From positions 183-64,182 of the forward strand of contig CAYMGP010000009.1 of NCBI GenBank assembly GCA_964390045.1: a stretch of DNA of 64,000 nucleotides, given 5' to 3'. This document shows, in pieces, positions 48,165-57,741 of this stretch. The notes under the pieces were generated by a model. The model was not told the origin of the DNA and did no database searches. It was given only the letters and a program-made list of their open reading frames with translations. Source of the DNA: an uncultured Spirochaetaceae bacterium (GTDB taxonomy: Bacteria > Spirochaetota > Spirochaetia > SZUA-6 > DRHE01). Within the stretch, counting starts at the first letter, position 1; each line of letters opens with the position of its first letter. Both the position numbers and the translations under genes were made by a program.

Positions 48165-50909
48165 CTACGCCCGGGCTTTAGTCCGCCTGGCTTTCCCTTT
48201 GCTCTCGGTTCCGATCTTCCGAATGCGTACGGCGCAGACCTTGTACTCAGGGATCTTGGCCACGGGATCGAGGGCGTCGTTTGTCAGGATGTTGGCCGCC
48301 GCCTCCCTGTAGTGGAACGTCATGAAGATCGAGCCGGGACGGGAGCGCTCGGTAACCACGGTCTTGGCCCTCACCGTACCGCGGCGCGACGTTACCTCAG
48401 CTGGCTCGCCGTGCTCGAGACCGAGCTTGCCGGCGTCCTGCGGATGGATTTCGAAGAATCCGTCGGGGCGAATGGCATCGAGCCCGTCGACCCGCCGGCT
48501 CATCGTGCCGGTGTGGAAATGATAGAGTATCCGGCCCGTGGTCAGCAGGTAGGGGTAGTCTCTGTCAGGTTCCTCCGCCGGTGGAATGTACTCCACGGCG
48601 TTGAAAAGGCCCTTGCCCCTGGAGAACATGCCCTTATGAAGGTAGGTCGTGCCCGAATGCTTGTCGTCCGGGCAGGGCCACTGCAGGCCCGTTTCCTGCA
48701 GGCGGCTGTGATGGATGCCGCCGTATATCGGGGCCAGGCCGGCGATCTCGTCCATGATCTCGGCGCTGCTCCTGTAGCTCATAGGGTAGCCGAGACGGGA
48801 TGATACCTCCCCGAGGATCTGCCAATCCGGCTTGGCCTCTCCGGGAGGATCGAGGACCCGGCGCAGCAGCTGCACGCGCCTTTCCGTGTTGGTAAAGGTG
48901 CCGTCCTTCTCGGCGAAGCTGGCCGCCGGAAACACAACGTCGGCGTATTGAGCGGTCTCGGATAGGAAAATGTCCTGGCAGACGAGGAACTCGAGAGCCT
49001 CGAGGTCCTTCTTGACGCGGTTGACATTGGGATCACTCAGGAAAGGATTCTCGCCCATCATGTACATGGCCCGGATCGAGCCGTCCTCCGCACCGTGAAG
49101 CATCTCCACCACGGTAATTCCCGGGGTGGGAGACAGCGAAGCCTGCCAGGCCTTTTCGAATTTCTCCTGAACCTGCGGGTTGGCCACCTGTTGGTAGCCG
49201 GGGTAGACATTGGGAAGGGCACCGAGATCGCAGGCTCCCTGTACATTGTTCTGTCCGCGCAGGGGATTGACTCCCGTGGATTTTTTACCCACGTTGCCGG
49301 TGAGCATGGCCATGTTGGCCAGGGAAAGGACATTGTCCGTTCCGGTTGTGTGCTGGGTGATGCCCATGCTGTAAATGATCGAGGCGGCTCCCGCGCGGGC
49401 ATAGAGCCGGGCGGCCTGGACGATTTTCTCTTTGGGAACGCCGGTGATCTTCTTCACCTTTTCCGGAGTGTACTGCATCACTACGGATTTAAACTTTTCG
49501 AAGTCTTCGGTGCGCTGCTTAATAAATTCGCTATCCTCCAGCCCCTCGCTCAGGATCACATGCATCATGCCGTTGAACAGGGCCACGTCGGTACCGGAGC
49601 GCTGACGGAGGTGCAGGGTGGAGAAACGCACCAGGTCGATTTGCCTGGGGTCCGCCACGATGAGGGTAGCTCCGTTCTTCTTGACGGCGGCCTTGATCTC
49701 CAGGGCGATGATCGGATGGGCTTCGGTTGTATTGCTTCCCGTTACAAAGATGCAGTCGGCAAAACGAAGCTCGGTGATCGAGTTGGTCATGGCACCGCTT
49801 CCGAAGGCCTTGGCCAGACCGGCTACCGTGGAGGAGTGGCACAGCCGGGCGCAGTGGTCTACATTATTGGTACCCAGACCGGCGCGCATGAATTTCTGAA
49901 AGACGTAGTTCTCTTCATTTGTACATTTTGCGCTCGAGAGGCCCGCGATGACGTTGGGACCGTGTTTTTCCTTTATCTCCCGCAGGCGCTTGGCAACCAG
50001 ATCGAGGGCTTTGTCCCAGGTGGTCTGCTCGAACTTGCCGTTCTTCTTTACCAGGGGATGGGTGAGGCGTTCCGGGTGATTTATATAGTAGGTGCCGAAC
50101 TTGCCCTTTACGCAGAGGTTCCCCCTGCTTACCGTGCCTTTGGCGGGCGTCGTGACCTTGACCAGCTTGCCGTCTTTTGTATGCATCTCCAGGGTGCAGC
50201 CGCAGCCGCAGTAGGGGCAGATCGTTGCCGTGGTCTCGAACTCCCACTCACGTCCTTTTTTCACCCGCTCTCTCTCCATCAACGCTCCCACGGGGCAGAC
50301 GCTGATACAGCGCCCGCAGAACTCACAGGTCGTTTCCTGAAGAGGCCTGCCGAAGGCGGTGGAGATGTGGGCCTTGAAGCCCCGATCGGCGTAGTCGATG
50401 GCGTTGTCGAACTGCAGCTCGGCGCAGGCTAAAACGCAGCGTCCGCAGGTAATACACTTGTTGTAGTCCCGCACGATGAAGGGATTCTCATCGAGTATCG
50501 GAAAGGAGCTCTTGGCCCGATGCTCCCCTGTGAATATCGATTCACTGATGCCGAACTCATACGCATATTTCTCCAGCTGGCAGTCCCCGCTCTTCTCGCA
50601 GGTGATGCAGGAGATGTCGTGGTCGGAGAGGATCAGCTCCAGGTTCATCCTGCGGGCTTTTTTCACCCTCTCGCTGTTGGTGTGTACCACCATACCTTCG
50701 CGCGCCGGATAGCTGCACGAGGAGGGAAGGTTCTTCACACCCTCGACCTCCACGACGCACAGCCGGCAGGAGCTCAAGGGGGGGAGGTCCTCGTTGTAGC
50801 AGAGATGGGGAATCTCGATTCCCGCGGCCTTGGCCGCCCAATATACGGTCACGCCCGGCTGGACCTGAACCTGTTTTCCATCGATTGTCAGCGTCACTAA
50901 CTCTCTCAT
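48165..50909 (-). CDS. fdhF: Mo/W-bisPGD formate dehydrogenase alpha subunit with N-terminal FeS domains (Cys, not Sec)
   Basis: [2Fe-2S] and [4Fe-4S] motifs, CPYCGCGC, HCARLCHSS (TGC codon), PLRGQNNVQG and PEYK. Confidence 0.95.
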   Translation of the reverse strand: MRELVTLTIDGKQVQVQPGVTVYWAAKAAGIEIPHLCYNEDLPPLSSCRLCVVEVEGVKNLPSSCSYPAREGMVVHTNSERVKKARRMNLELILSDHDISCITCEKSGDCQLEKYAYEFGISESIFTGEHRAKSSFPILDENPFIVRDYNKCITCGRCVLACAELQFDNAIDYADRGFKAHISTAFGRPLQETTCEFCGRCISVCPVGALMERERVKKGREWEFETTATICPYCGCGCTLEMHTKDGKLVKVTTPAKGTVSRGNLCVKGKFGTYYINHPERLTHPLVKKNGKFEQTTWDKALDLVAKRLREIKEKHGPNVIAGLSSAKCTNEENYVFQKFMRAGLGTNNVDHCARLCHSSTVAGLAKAFGSGAMTNSITELRFADCIFVTGSNTTEAHPIIALEIKAAVKKNGATLIVADPRQIDLVRFSTLHLRQRSGTDVALFNGMMHVILSEGLEDSEFIKQRTEDFEKFKSVVMQYTPEKVKKITGVPKEKIVQAARLYARAGAASIIYSMGITQHTTGTDNVLSLANMAMLTGNVGKKSTGVNPLRGQNNVQGACDLGALPNVYPGYQQVANPQVQEKFEKAWQASLSPTPGITVVEMLHGAEDGSIRAMYMMGENPFLSDPNVNRVKKDLEALEFLVCQDIFLSETAQYADVVFPAASFAEKDGTFTNTERRVQLLRRVLDPPGEAKPDWQILGEVSSRLGYPMSYRSSAEIMDEIAGLAPIYGGIHHSRLQETGLQWPCPDDKHSGTTYLHKGMFSRGKGLFNAVEYIPPAEEPDRDYPYLLTTGRILYHFHTGTMSRRVDGLDAIRPDGFFEIHPQDAGKLGLEHGEPAEVTSRRGTVRAKTVVTERSRPGSIFMTFHYREAAANILTNDALDPVAKIPEYKVCAVRIRKIGTESKGKARRTKARA

Positions 50910-50924
50910 CTTGTAAAAAAACCT

Positions 50925-52781
50925 CTATTCTAGTGAGATGGCATCGAAACGGCAGGTGTTGTAGCACATGCCGCACTTGATACACTTCTCCTGGGCAATG
51001 ATGTGCACTTCTTTCTTCTGCCCCGTGATGGCATCGGAAGGGCAGACCTTCAAACAGGCGCCGCAGCCTGTACATTTGTCTGCAATGATCTCGTAGCGGA
51101 TCAGGGATTTGCAGACGCCGGCCGGACATTTGCCCTCTTCTATATGAGCAAGGTACTCATCCCTGAAGTATTTCAAGGTGGTGAGCACGGGATTGGGAGC
51201 GGTCTGTCCGAGGCCGCAGAGGGCGCTGTCCTTGATCGTATAGGCCAGCTCGCCGAGAAGCTCGAGATCCTCTACGCTGCCCCGGCCCTCGCAGACGTCG
51301 ATCAGAATTTCCAGCATGCGCTTGGTCCCGACTCGGCAGGGAACACATTTTCCGCAGGATTCATCCTGGATGAAGTCCATGAAGAAGCGCGAGATGTCCA
51401 CCATACAGGTCCGGTCGTCGGCAACGATCATACCGCCGGATCCCATGATAGCTCCCACCTCCGCCAGGGATTCGTAGTCTACAGGCAGATCGAGGTGCTC
51501 CTCGGGGATGCAGCCTCCCGAAGGTCCGCCTGTCTGAATGGCTTTGAACGCCCGTCCGTCGGGGATTCCCCCGCCTACCGCGAACACAACGTCCTTGAGG
51601 GTGATTCCCATCGGCACTTCTACCAATCCCGTGTTGTTGACCTTGCCGGCCAGGGCAAAAACCTTGGTTCCCTTGCTCTTCTCTGTACCTATTTTTGAAT
51701 ACCAAGAGCCGCCATTGTTGATGATCACAGGTATATTGGCCAGGGTTTCCACGTTGTTTATACAGGTGGGCTTTCCCCAGATTCCGGACTGCACGGGAAA
51801 AGGCGGCCGCGGTCGGGGCATGCCCCGTTTTCCCTCCAAGGAGGCGATCAGTGCCGTCTCCTCGCCGCAGACAAAGGCTCCCGAGCCCTTTTTGATCTTG
51901 ATGCGGAGGGAGAACCCGCTCCCCAGGATGTTGTCTCCCAGAAAACCCATCTGCTCGGCGTCCTTCAAGGCTTTTTTCAGGTGCTCTACGGCGATGGGGT
52001 ACTCTGCCCGTACATAGACGAAACCGACAGAGGCGCCGATCGCATAGGCGGCGATGGTCATGCCCTCGATGGCTGTGTGGGGGTCTCCTTCGAGCACGGC
52101 CCGGTCCATGAAGGCTCCCGGGTCTCCCTCGTCGGCGTTGCAGACCATGTATTTCGTGTCTCCCTGCGCCGCCCTAGCGAAGCTCCACTTGCGTCCCGTG
52201 GGGAAGCCAGCCCCACCGCGCCCGCGCAGGCCCGACATGGTAACCTCTTCGACGACCTGTTCGGCGGTCATCTCGCCTAGGACCCGGGCCAGGGCCGAAT
52301 ACCCGTTTCTCTCTATGTAGTGGAGGATGTTCTTGGGATCGATCTCCCCACAGTTGCGCAGTACGATCTTCTTCTGATTCTTGTAAAAGGGGATGTCCCG
52401 GGCGTGAACGATCTTCTCGCCGCTGGCGGGATCCTGATAGAGCAGCCTTTCAACGGGTTTGCCCTGTTCTATCGTTTCGCTCACGATCTCCGCTACGTCC
52501 TCGGGACGGATACCGCCGTAGAAGATGTCGTAGGGATCCACGACCAGAACAGGGGCCTGGGCGCAGAAGCCGTGGCATCCGGTGGCAACGATCTGCACGG
52601 GAATCTTTCTCTTGCCGATCTCGGCCTCGAAGGCTTTCAGCACCTCCTCGGCGCCGTGGGCTCTACAGCCTGTCATACAGATGCGTACCCGTACTGCCTC
52701 GCTGTCGCGCCGGCTCTTCAGATCTTCCTGCAGTTTGTGCAGGTCTTCTGGACTCGAGATGGTTTGTGGACTCTGCTGCAT
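50925..52781 (-). CDS. NuoF/HydB-like flavin subunit
   Basis: N-terminal Trx-like [2Fe-2S], LRGRGGAGF, NADEGDPGAFMD, GEET, GGPSGG, ESCGKC..C and C-terminal 2x[4Fe-4S]. Confidence 0.92.
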   Translation of the reverse strand: MQQSPQTISSPEDLHKLQEDLKSRRDSEAVRVRICMTGCRAHGAEEVLKAFEAEIGKRKIPVQIVATGCHGFCAQAPVLVVDPYDIFYGGIRPEDVAEIVSETIEQGKPVERLLYQDPASGEKIVHARDIPFYKNQKKIVLRNCGEIDPKNILHYIERNGYSALARVLGEMTAEQVVEEVTMSGLRGRGGAGFPTGRKWSFARAAQGDTKYMVCNADEGDPGAFMDRAVLEGDPHTAIEGMTIAAYAIGASVGFVYVRAEYPIAVEHLKKALKDAEQMGFLGDNILGSGFSLRIKIKKGSGAFVCGEETALIASLEGKRGMPRPRPPFPVQSGIWGKPTCINNVETLANIPVIINNGGSWYSKIGTEKSKGTKVFALAGKVNNTGLVEVPMGITLKDVVFAVGGGIPDGRAFKAIQTGGPSGGCIPEEHLDLPVDYESLAEVGAIMGSGGMIVADDRTCMVDISRFFMDFIQDESCGKCVPCRVGTKRMLEILIDVCEGRGSVEDLELLGELAYTIKDSALCGLGQTAPNPVLTTLKYFRDEYLAHIEEGKCPAGVCKSLIRYEIIADKCTGCGACLKVCPSDAITGQKKEVHIIAQEKCIKCGMCYNTCRFDAISLE

Positions 52782-52803
52782 GGTTACTCCATCCGTTGGG
52801 GAA

Positions 52804-53289
52804 CTACAACGGGTTCCCCTCTTGATAACTCTTTATTATTTTTCTCACCTTGGTGCGTGTAAGCTTGCCGTAGTACTTGTCGCCGATCATCATCACCGGA
52901 GCGAGGAAGCAGGTACCCAGGCAGCGGACCACTTCAAGGCTGAACAGGCGGTCTTTCGTGGTTTTCTCGTTTTCCAGGCCGAGAAACGATCGGATCTCGT
53001 CGAGCACCATCTGGCCGCCGCGGATATGACAGGCTGTTCCCAAGCACATCTTGATGATGTGTTTGCCTCTCGGTGTGAGAGAGAACTGGGAATAGAAGCT
53101 GATCACTCCGTATATATGGCTGAGAGGCACGTTGAGGTGCCTGCCTACATCCTCGAGAGCTTCGACGGGCAGGTAGCCGACCTCTTCCTGTATATCCTGA
53201 AGCAGCGGCATCAAGACATCCTGTCCGTCCTCTCCCGGGTAACGTTCCAAGAGATACGCGATGTCTGGTTCGGTAGTCTTTACACCCAT
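52804..53289 (-). CDS. NuoE/HydC-like [2Fe-2S] subunit
   Basis: CLGTAC...CLGTC..APV motif. Confidence 0.92.
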   Translation of the reverse strand: MGVKTTEPDIAYLLERYPGEDGQDVLMPLLQDIQEEVGYLPVEALEDVGRHLNVPLSHIYGVISFYSQFSLTPRGKHIIKMCLGTACHIRGGQMVLDEIRSFLGLENEKTTKDRLFSLEVVRCLGTCFLAPVMMIGDKYYGKLTRTKVRKIIKSYQEGNPL

Positions 53290-53307
53290 GAGATTGCCCT
53301 TCTGTTG

Positions 53308-54615
53308 TTATTTTGAAACGCCCGGTCCGGTTGGACCCTGCCCGGAAGGCCTCAGATAAGCGCTCCAGTAGCTCATGCCTACGAATACGGCACCGCCGAT
53401 AATGTTGCCTATGGTGACGGGGAGCAGGTTCCTCCAGAGGAAGCTAATCCAGCTCAGAGATCCGGCCGTGAAAGCGCCCGGTGCGGCAACCCCTCCCCAG
53501 GCTCTTAGAAAAAGGCCCGTGGGAATGAAGTACATGTTGGCCACGGAGTGTTCGAAGCCGAGGGCTACGAAACCCATGATCGGAAAGAAAATGGCGAAGA
53601 TCTTGCCGATTGTCTGGCGGGCGGCCAAAGCCATCCATACAGCAAGACAAACAAGCCAGTTACAGCCCACTCCCCGCAGCAGGGCTTGGATGAAGCTCAG
53701 GTTCACCTTGCCGTAGGCTATCTTCACAGCCGCCGCCCCCAGCGCGCCGTCGCTGAGCTTCCAAAGGCCGGAGAAAACGAACAGCAGAGCGATCAGGATC
53801 GAGCCTATTAAGTTCGCCACGTACACCAGGCCCCAGCGCTCCAGCATCCTGCCGAAGGTGATCTCACGTGCTATGGCGCTGGAAATCATCAGATTGTTGC
53901 CCGTAAAAAGCTCGGCACCGGCTATGATGACAAGCATCAGGCCGAGGCTGAACACCGAGCCTGTCATGAACTTCGTGAAGCCTACCCCGAGATGGGAAGC
54001 CATGTCGAAGGAAACGGTTGTGGCCAGCATGCCGCCGAAACCGATGTAAGCTCCCGCCAGGATACCGAGAACAAGCACTGACAGCCAGGGAGAGGTCGTT
54101 TTGCCCACTCCTACTTTCTGGGCCACGGTCTCGGCGATTGTCTTGGGCGATTTGTCCTCGATGCTGGGCACGGGGAAGGTGAGGGAACGCACGATCTTTT
54201 CCACCTCCACGGCCCCTTTTGCTTTCTGATGCTCTTTGCGCTTGATCGCTTTCTGCACGGCGATGAGGATCTCCTCCGGAGTGAAGGGCTTGGCAACGTA
54301 GTCAACGGCGCCGCGCTTCAGGGCCTCCGTGGCTCTTTCCACCGCAGGATATCCGGTTATCATCACGATCGCCGAATCCGGGCAGCGTTTATCGATCATC
54401 TCCACGGCGTCGATTCCGTTGAGCTCGGGCATGCGCCAGTCGCAGAGAATCACATCGAACCGTGTCTCGGAGGCCAGCTCTAGACCTTTGCGGGCGCTGT
54501 CTGTGGTCACCACCTGGTAGCCTTCGCTGCCGAAAATGCGCTGGCATGATTCCAGAACAATGTCCTCATCATCTATGACCAGCATGTTGCGGATATTTTT
54601 CTCCGTATCACTCAT
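53308..54615 (-). CDS. Response-regulator receiver fused to a formate/nitrite (FNT) channel
   Basis: REC: IDDE, CDWRMP, ITGY, AKPF. FNT: AGAYIG, ELFTGN, CNWLVCLA, FEHSVANM, GNIIGG. Confidence 0.9.
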   Translation of the reverse strand: MSDTEKNIRNMLVIDDEDIVLESCQRIFGSEGYQVVTTDSARKGLELASETRFDVILCDWRMPELNGIDAVEMIDKRCPDSAIVMITGYPAVERATEALKRGAVDYVAKPFTPEEILIAVQKAIKRKEHQKAKGAVEVEKIVRSLTFPVPSIEDKSPKTIAETVAQKVGVGKTTSPWLSVLVLGILAGAYIGFGGMLATTVSFDMASHLGVGFTKFMTGSVFSLGLMLVIIAGAELFTGNNLMISSAIAREITFGRMLERWGLVYVANLIGSILIALLFVFSGLWKLSDGALGAAAVKIAYGKVNLSFIQALLRGVGCNWLVCLAVWMALAARQTIGKIFAIFFPIMGFVALGFEHSVANMYFIPTGLFLRAWGGVAAPGAFTAGSLSWISFLWRNLLPVTIGNIIGGAVFVGMSYWSAYLRPSGQGPTGPGVSK

Positions 54616-54640
54616 ATCAACAGTCCTCGTTTTATGGTTT

Positions 54641-55267
54641 TTACCAGATCTCGGCGCTGAGCCGGCTTTCCAGCCAGCGCTTCTGTTCAGGAGTCAGGGC
54701 ACCGATCTGGTTTTCTATCCAATGGATATCGCCTGTAAGGATCGCCAGTTTTTCAGGGCCTGTAAGATCGTAATCCTGGAGGGCATCGGCCCCGTAGTAG
54801 AACAGGCTGGCTACGAACTGGCTGTCCACGGCTGCTCTTTCCAGCACCCGGATCACCTCGTCCTTGTGGATCAGCTCCTGCTTTTCCGGCTCTTCCTTGG
54901 CTGCTTTTTCCAGGGCTTTCCTGACGCTTGTCACCAGCATGTCCGGGGTGAAAGGTTTTTCTACGTAGTCCGCCGCCCCAAGCTTCATCGCCTGGACCGC
55001 GCTCTGCACGGTGGCGTAGCCTGTGAAGATCACAATGGGCACAGCCGGCTTGGAGCGCTTGATATCCCGTAGTATCCGCATTCCGCCGATTTCAGGCATG
55101 CGGATATCTGTCAGAACCAGATCGTATTGCCGGTTCATGGCCCAGTCCAGTCCCTCGCGGCTGGAGATGGCCGTATCGATATCGAAGTTCTCGGCTGTAA
55201 GAATTTTTTTGACGCTGTCCAGCACAATCTGTTCATCGTCGATTACAAGAACTTTTTTTCTCTCCAT
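54641..55267 (-). CDS. Receiver domain plus a ~75-aa C-terminal helical domain of unknown function
   Basis: IDDE, TDIRMP, FTGY and EKPF motifs; no HTH recognisable. Confidence 0.85.
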   Translation of the reverse strand: MERKKVLVIDDEQIVLDSVKKILTAENFDIDTAISSREGLDWAMNRQYDLVLTDIRMPEIGGMRILRDIKRSKPAVPIVIFTGYATVQSAVQAMKLGAADYVEKPFTPDMLVTSVRKALEKAAKEEPEKQELIHKDEVIRVLERAAVDSQFVASLFYYGADALQDYDLTGPEKLAILTGDIHWIENQIGALTPEQKRWLESRLSAEIW

Positions 55268-55288
55268 ACCATACCTGCTCTTTTTCTT

Positions 55289-55654
55289 TTATCTGCTTTG
55301 CTCGAGGGCTCTGTCCACTGCATCTATCAGCTCATCCGGTGTGAACGGCTTGGCTATGAAATGGGTGGCGCCCATGCGCATCCCGCTAGATATCGTCTCC
55401 GGAGTAGGGTAGCCGCTCATTACTAGAATGGGTAGATCAGGCCGTCGCTCTTTTACGTTTGCTATGAGATACATGCCATCATACTCAGGCATAATCACAT
55501 CGACAAGTAGTAGATTGAAATTTTCCGCCTCCAGGGCTTGAAGCGCTGTCTTTGCTGTCGAGGTGATGGTTGCCGCGTACCCCTCGGCTTCAAGGATACG
55601 TCTACAGCTCGACAGTACCACCGGGTCATCGTCGACCACGAGGATCTTCTTCAA
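55289..55654 (-). CDS. Stand-alone response regulator receiver
   Basis: VDDD, VDVIMP, MSGY and AKPF motifs; TTG start overlaps the kinase stop codon. Confidence 0.9.
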   Translation of the reverse strand: MKKILVVDDDPVVLSSCRRILEAEGYAATITSTAKTALQALEAENFNLLLVDVIMPEYDGMYLIANVKERRPDLPILVMSGYPTPETISSGMRMGATHFIAKPFTPDELIDAVDRALEQSR

Positions 55655-57588
55655 TATTCGTCCTCCAGAGGCAGCCAGATCGTGAAGATGCTTCCCTTGC
55701 CCTCGGTACTCTGTACTCGAATCGCCCCGTGGTGGCGCTCGACGATTCCCTGGGATACCGACAGCCCCAGACCTGTTCCCGCCCCCACCTCTTTTGTGGT
55801 GAAGAACGGATCGAAGAGCTTGTCCAGATGCTCGGCGGGAATACCGCAGCCTGTGTCGGAAATCTCGATCTCTATTCCCTTGCTCTCCTCGGGTCCGGCC
55901 GAGTAGACCAGGCGGGAGTAGATGTTTATATGCCCGCCCTTGTCCGTTGCATCGATCGAGTTGAGTATGATATTGAGCAGCACACTCTGAAACCGACCGC
56001 GGTCGAGGGTGCGCATGGGGATGTCTTTCCCCGCATCGAAGCAGAAGATCACGCCTTTTACCAGTGCCTGGTTCTCGACCAGAGGAATCGTCTTTTCGAT
56101 CAGGTCGTTGATATCCGTAGGCTCCGGCTCGATCTTGGTCTGCCGGGAGAAATCCAGCAGGCCTTTGACGATTCGCCGCACCCTTTCGGTGGCATCGGCG
56201 ATCGTCTGCAGGTCCTGGCGTATTTCCTCGCTCAGGTCCTCCCGGCGCAGAAGCATGTGGGTGAAGGTGAGCACCCCCGTCAATGGGTTGTTGATCTCGT
56301 GGGCTACACCGGCCGCCAGCCTGCCCACGGAGGCCTGCTTTTCCGACTGCAGCAGTTTGAGCTCGCTCTCCGCCCGCTGAGAACGGTCCCGCTCACGCAG
56401 AGAGGAAAGCATCTCCTGAAATGTCTTCTGAAGCACGCCGATCTCGGCGGTTGATATCGGGCCGATTTCAGGAGACAGATCACCTGCCGATACGCGGCGG
56501 CTGACGTCGATCAGCCTGTGCACGGGCTCGAGAATCCTTTGCCCTAGGATGTAGCCGAGCACGACGGCCAGCACCATGCCGGCTGCCGTGATCAGAATAA
56601 AAACGAGCAGCGTGCTGCGCCGGATATTAACGTACTTGGCCTCGAGCACACCTACGTAGAGGATACCCACCCGCTTATCGTAAATATCGACGATGGGCTC
56701 ATAAGCCGTTATATACCAGTCATTGACGACGAAGGCCCTGTCGGTCCAGCGCTCACCCTCGCCCAGCACCTTGTTCCTCACCTCTTCGGACACCCGGGTT
56801 CCGATTGCCCGCTCGCCGCGAGCCGTCATGACGTTGGTGGAGACGCGCAGATCGTTGAAGAAGATCGTGGCTGTGCCGATGTTCTGTCCACGGTACTCCT
56901 CTTCCCTGAATACAGTTTCCCGTACCCTGTCCACGATTTGCTCGCTCCTGTTCAACAGCACTCCCCCGTACAGGACTCCTATCAAAGTGTTGCCCTCGAA
57001 CAGCGGCACGGCGCAGGAGATCGTCATTCCCGAGGTCTCCTCTGTTTCCGCACGGGGAGCCGCCCGGGGTGTGGGAACGATCTCGATCCGGGCCCTCTCG
57101 GCCAGGGCTCCATCCTCCGCGGCCAGGGTTTCCCTTTCCAGAATCACGGTACCTGAAACTGTGTTTTTCCTATCGAGGCAGAGCAGGGCCGCGGGATTGC
57201 CGGCGGCAGCCGGCAGATCGCCTCCGGCGGCCGGCAGGCCTAGGCGTACCCTGGTTATACCGCCGGCATCTACATAACCGGCGAAATCCATATGCAGCTT
57301 TCCGGCGAGCAGCCGCAGCCTGTCGGCCATATATTCCGAGTTTCCGAGTTTGGCCGCCTGGAGACATCCCTGCTCCTGACAGGCTATCTGCAGAGCTAAA
57401 CGCAGCCGGGTCTCCACATCGTTGTAGATCTCCCTGGCGGCGTTCAGGTCAAGGCGAATACGATTTGTCGCTTCATTGAGCACGGTTCTATTGATCAGCC
57501 CGACGCCGACAATGAGAGAGAGGCCGCCCACCAGGATGCAAACGCCGAGGAAGCTCGATATCAACCGAAAACGGGTCGTGTAGATCAC
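55651..57588 (-). CDS. Cache-HAMP sensor histidine kinase (NtrB-like HisKA)
   Basis: TM-periplasmic-TM, ATIF..RVSTNV..RAIGT Cache segment, AHEINNPL, N box, DTGCG, FDPFFTTK and GTGLGL motifs. Confidence 0.92.
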   Translation of the reverse strand: MIYTTRFRLISSFLGVCILVGGLSLIVGVGLINRTVLNEATNRIRLDLNAAREIYNDVETRLRLALQIACQEQGCLQAAKLGNSEYMADRLRLLAGKLHMDFAGYVDAGGITRVRLGLPAAGGDLPAAAGNPAALLCLDRKNTVSGTVILERETLAAEDGALAERARIEIVPTPRAAPRAETEETSGMTISCAVPLFEGNTLIGVLYGGVLLNRSEQIVDRVRETVFREEEYRGQNIGTATIFFNDLRVSTNVMTARGERAIGTRVSEEVRNKVLGEGERWTDRAFVVNDWYITAYEPIVDIYDKRVGILYVGVLEAKYVNIRRSTLLVFILITAAGMVLAVVLGYILGQRILEPVHRLIDVSRRVSAGDLSPEIGPISTAEIGVLQKTFQEMLSSLRERDRSQRAESELKLLQSEKQASVGRLAAGVAHEINNPLTGVLTFTHMLLRREDLSEEIRQDLQTIADATERVRRIVKGLLDFSRQTKIEPEPTDINDLIEKTIPLVENQALVKGVIFCFDAGKDIPMRTLDRGRFQSVLLNIILNSIDATDKGGHINIYSRLVYSAGPEESKGIEIEISDTGCGIPAEHLDKLFDPFFTTKEVGAGTGLGLSVSQGIVERHHGAIRVQSTEGKGSIFTIWLPLEDEY

Positions 57589-57741
57589 AATCTGGCGATA
57601 CGATAGATCGGATGGTTTTGCCCTGTCAAGGAGAGCCGGAGCCAAGTGAATCGGAGCCGAGGTTTGTTCCTGGTGGCCGATCCACCTTTCAAGATGGTAC
57701 ATTATCAAGTATGCAATCCGGTTGCGGGAGTGGAGTAGTAT

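Noticed and set aside
49835-49850. Selenocysteine in FdhF
   Set aside because: The active-site codon is TGC (Cys) and the ORF is uninterrupted.
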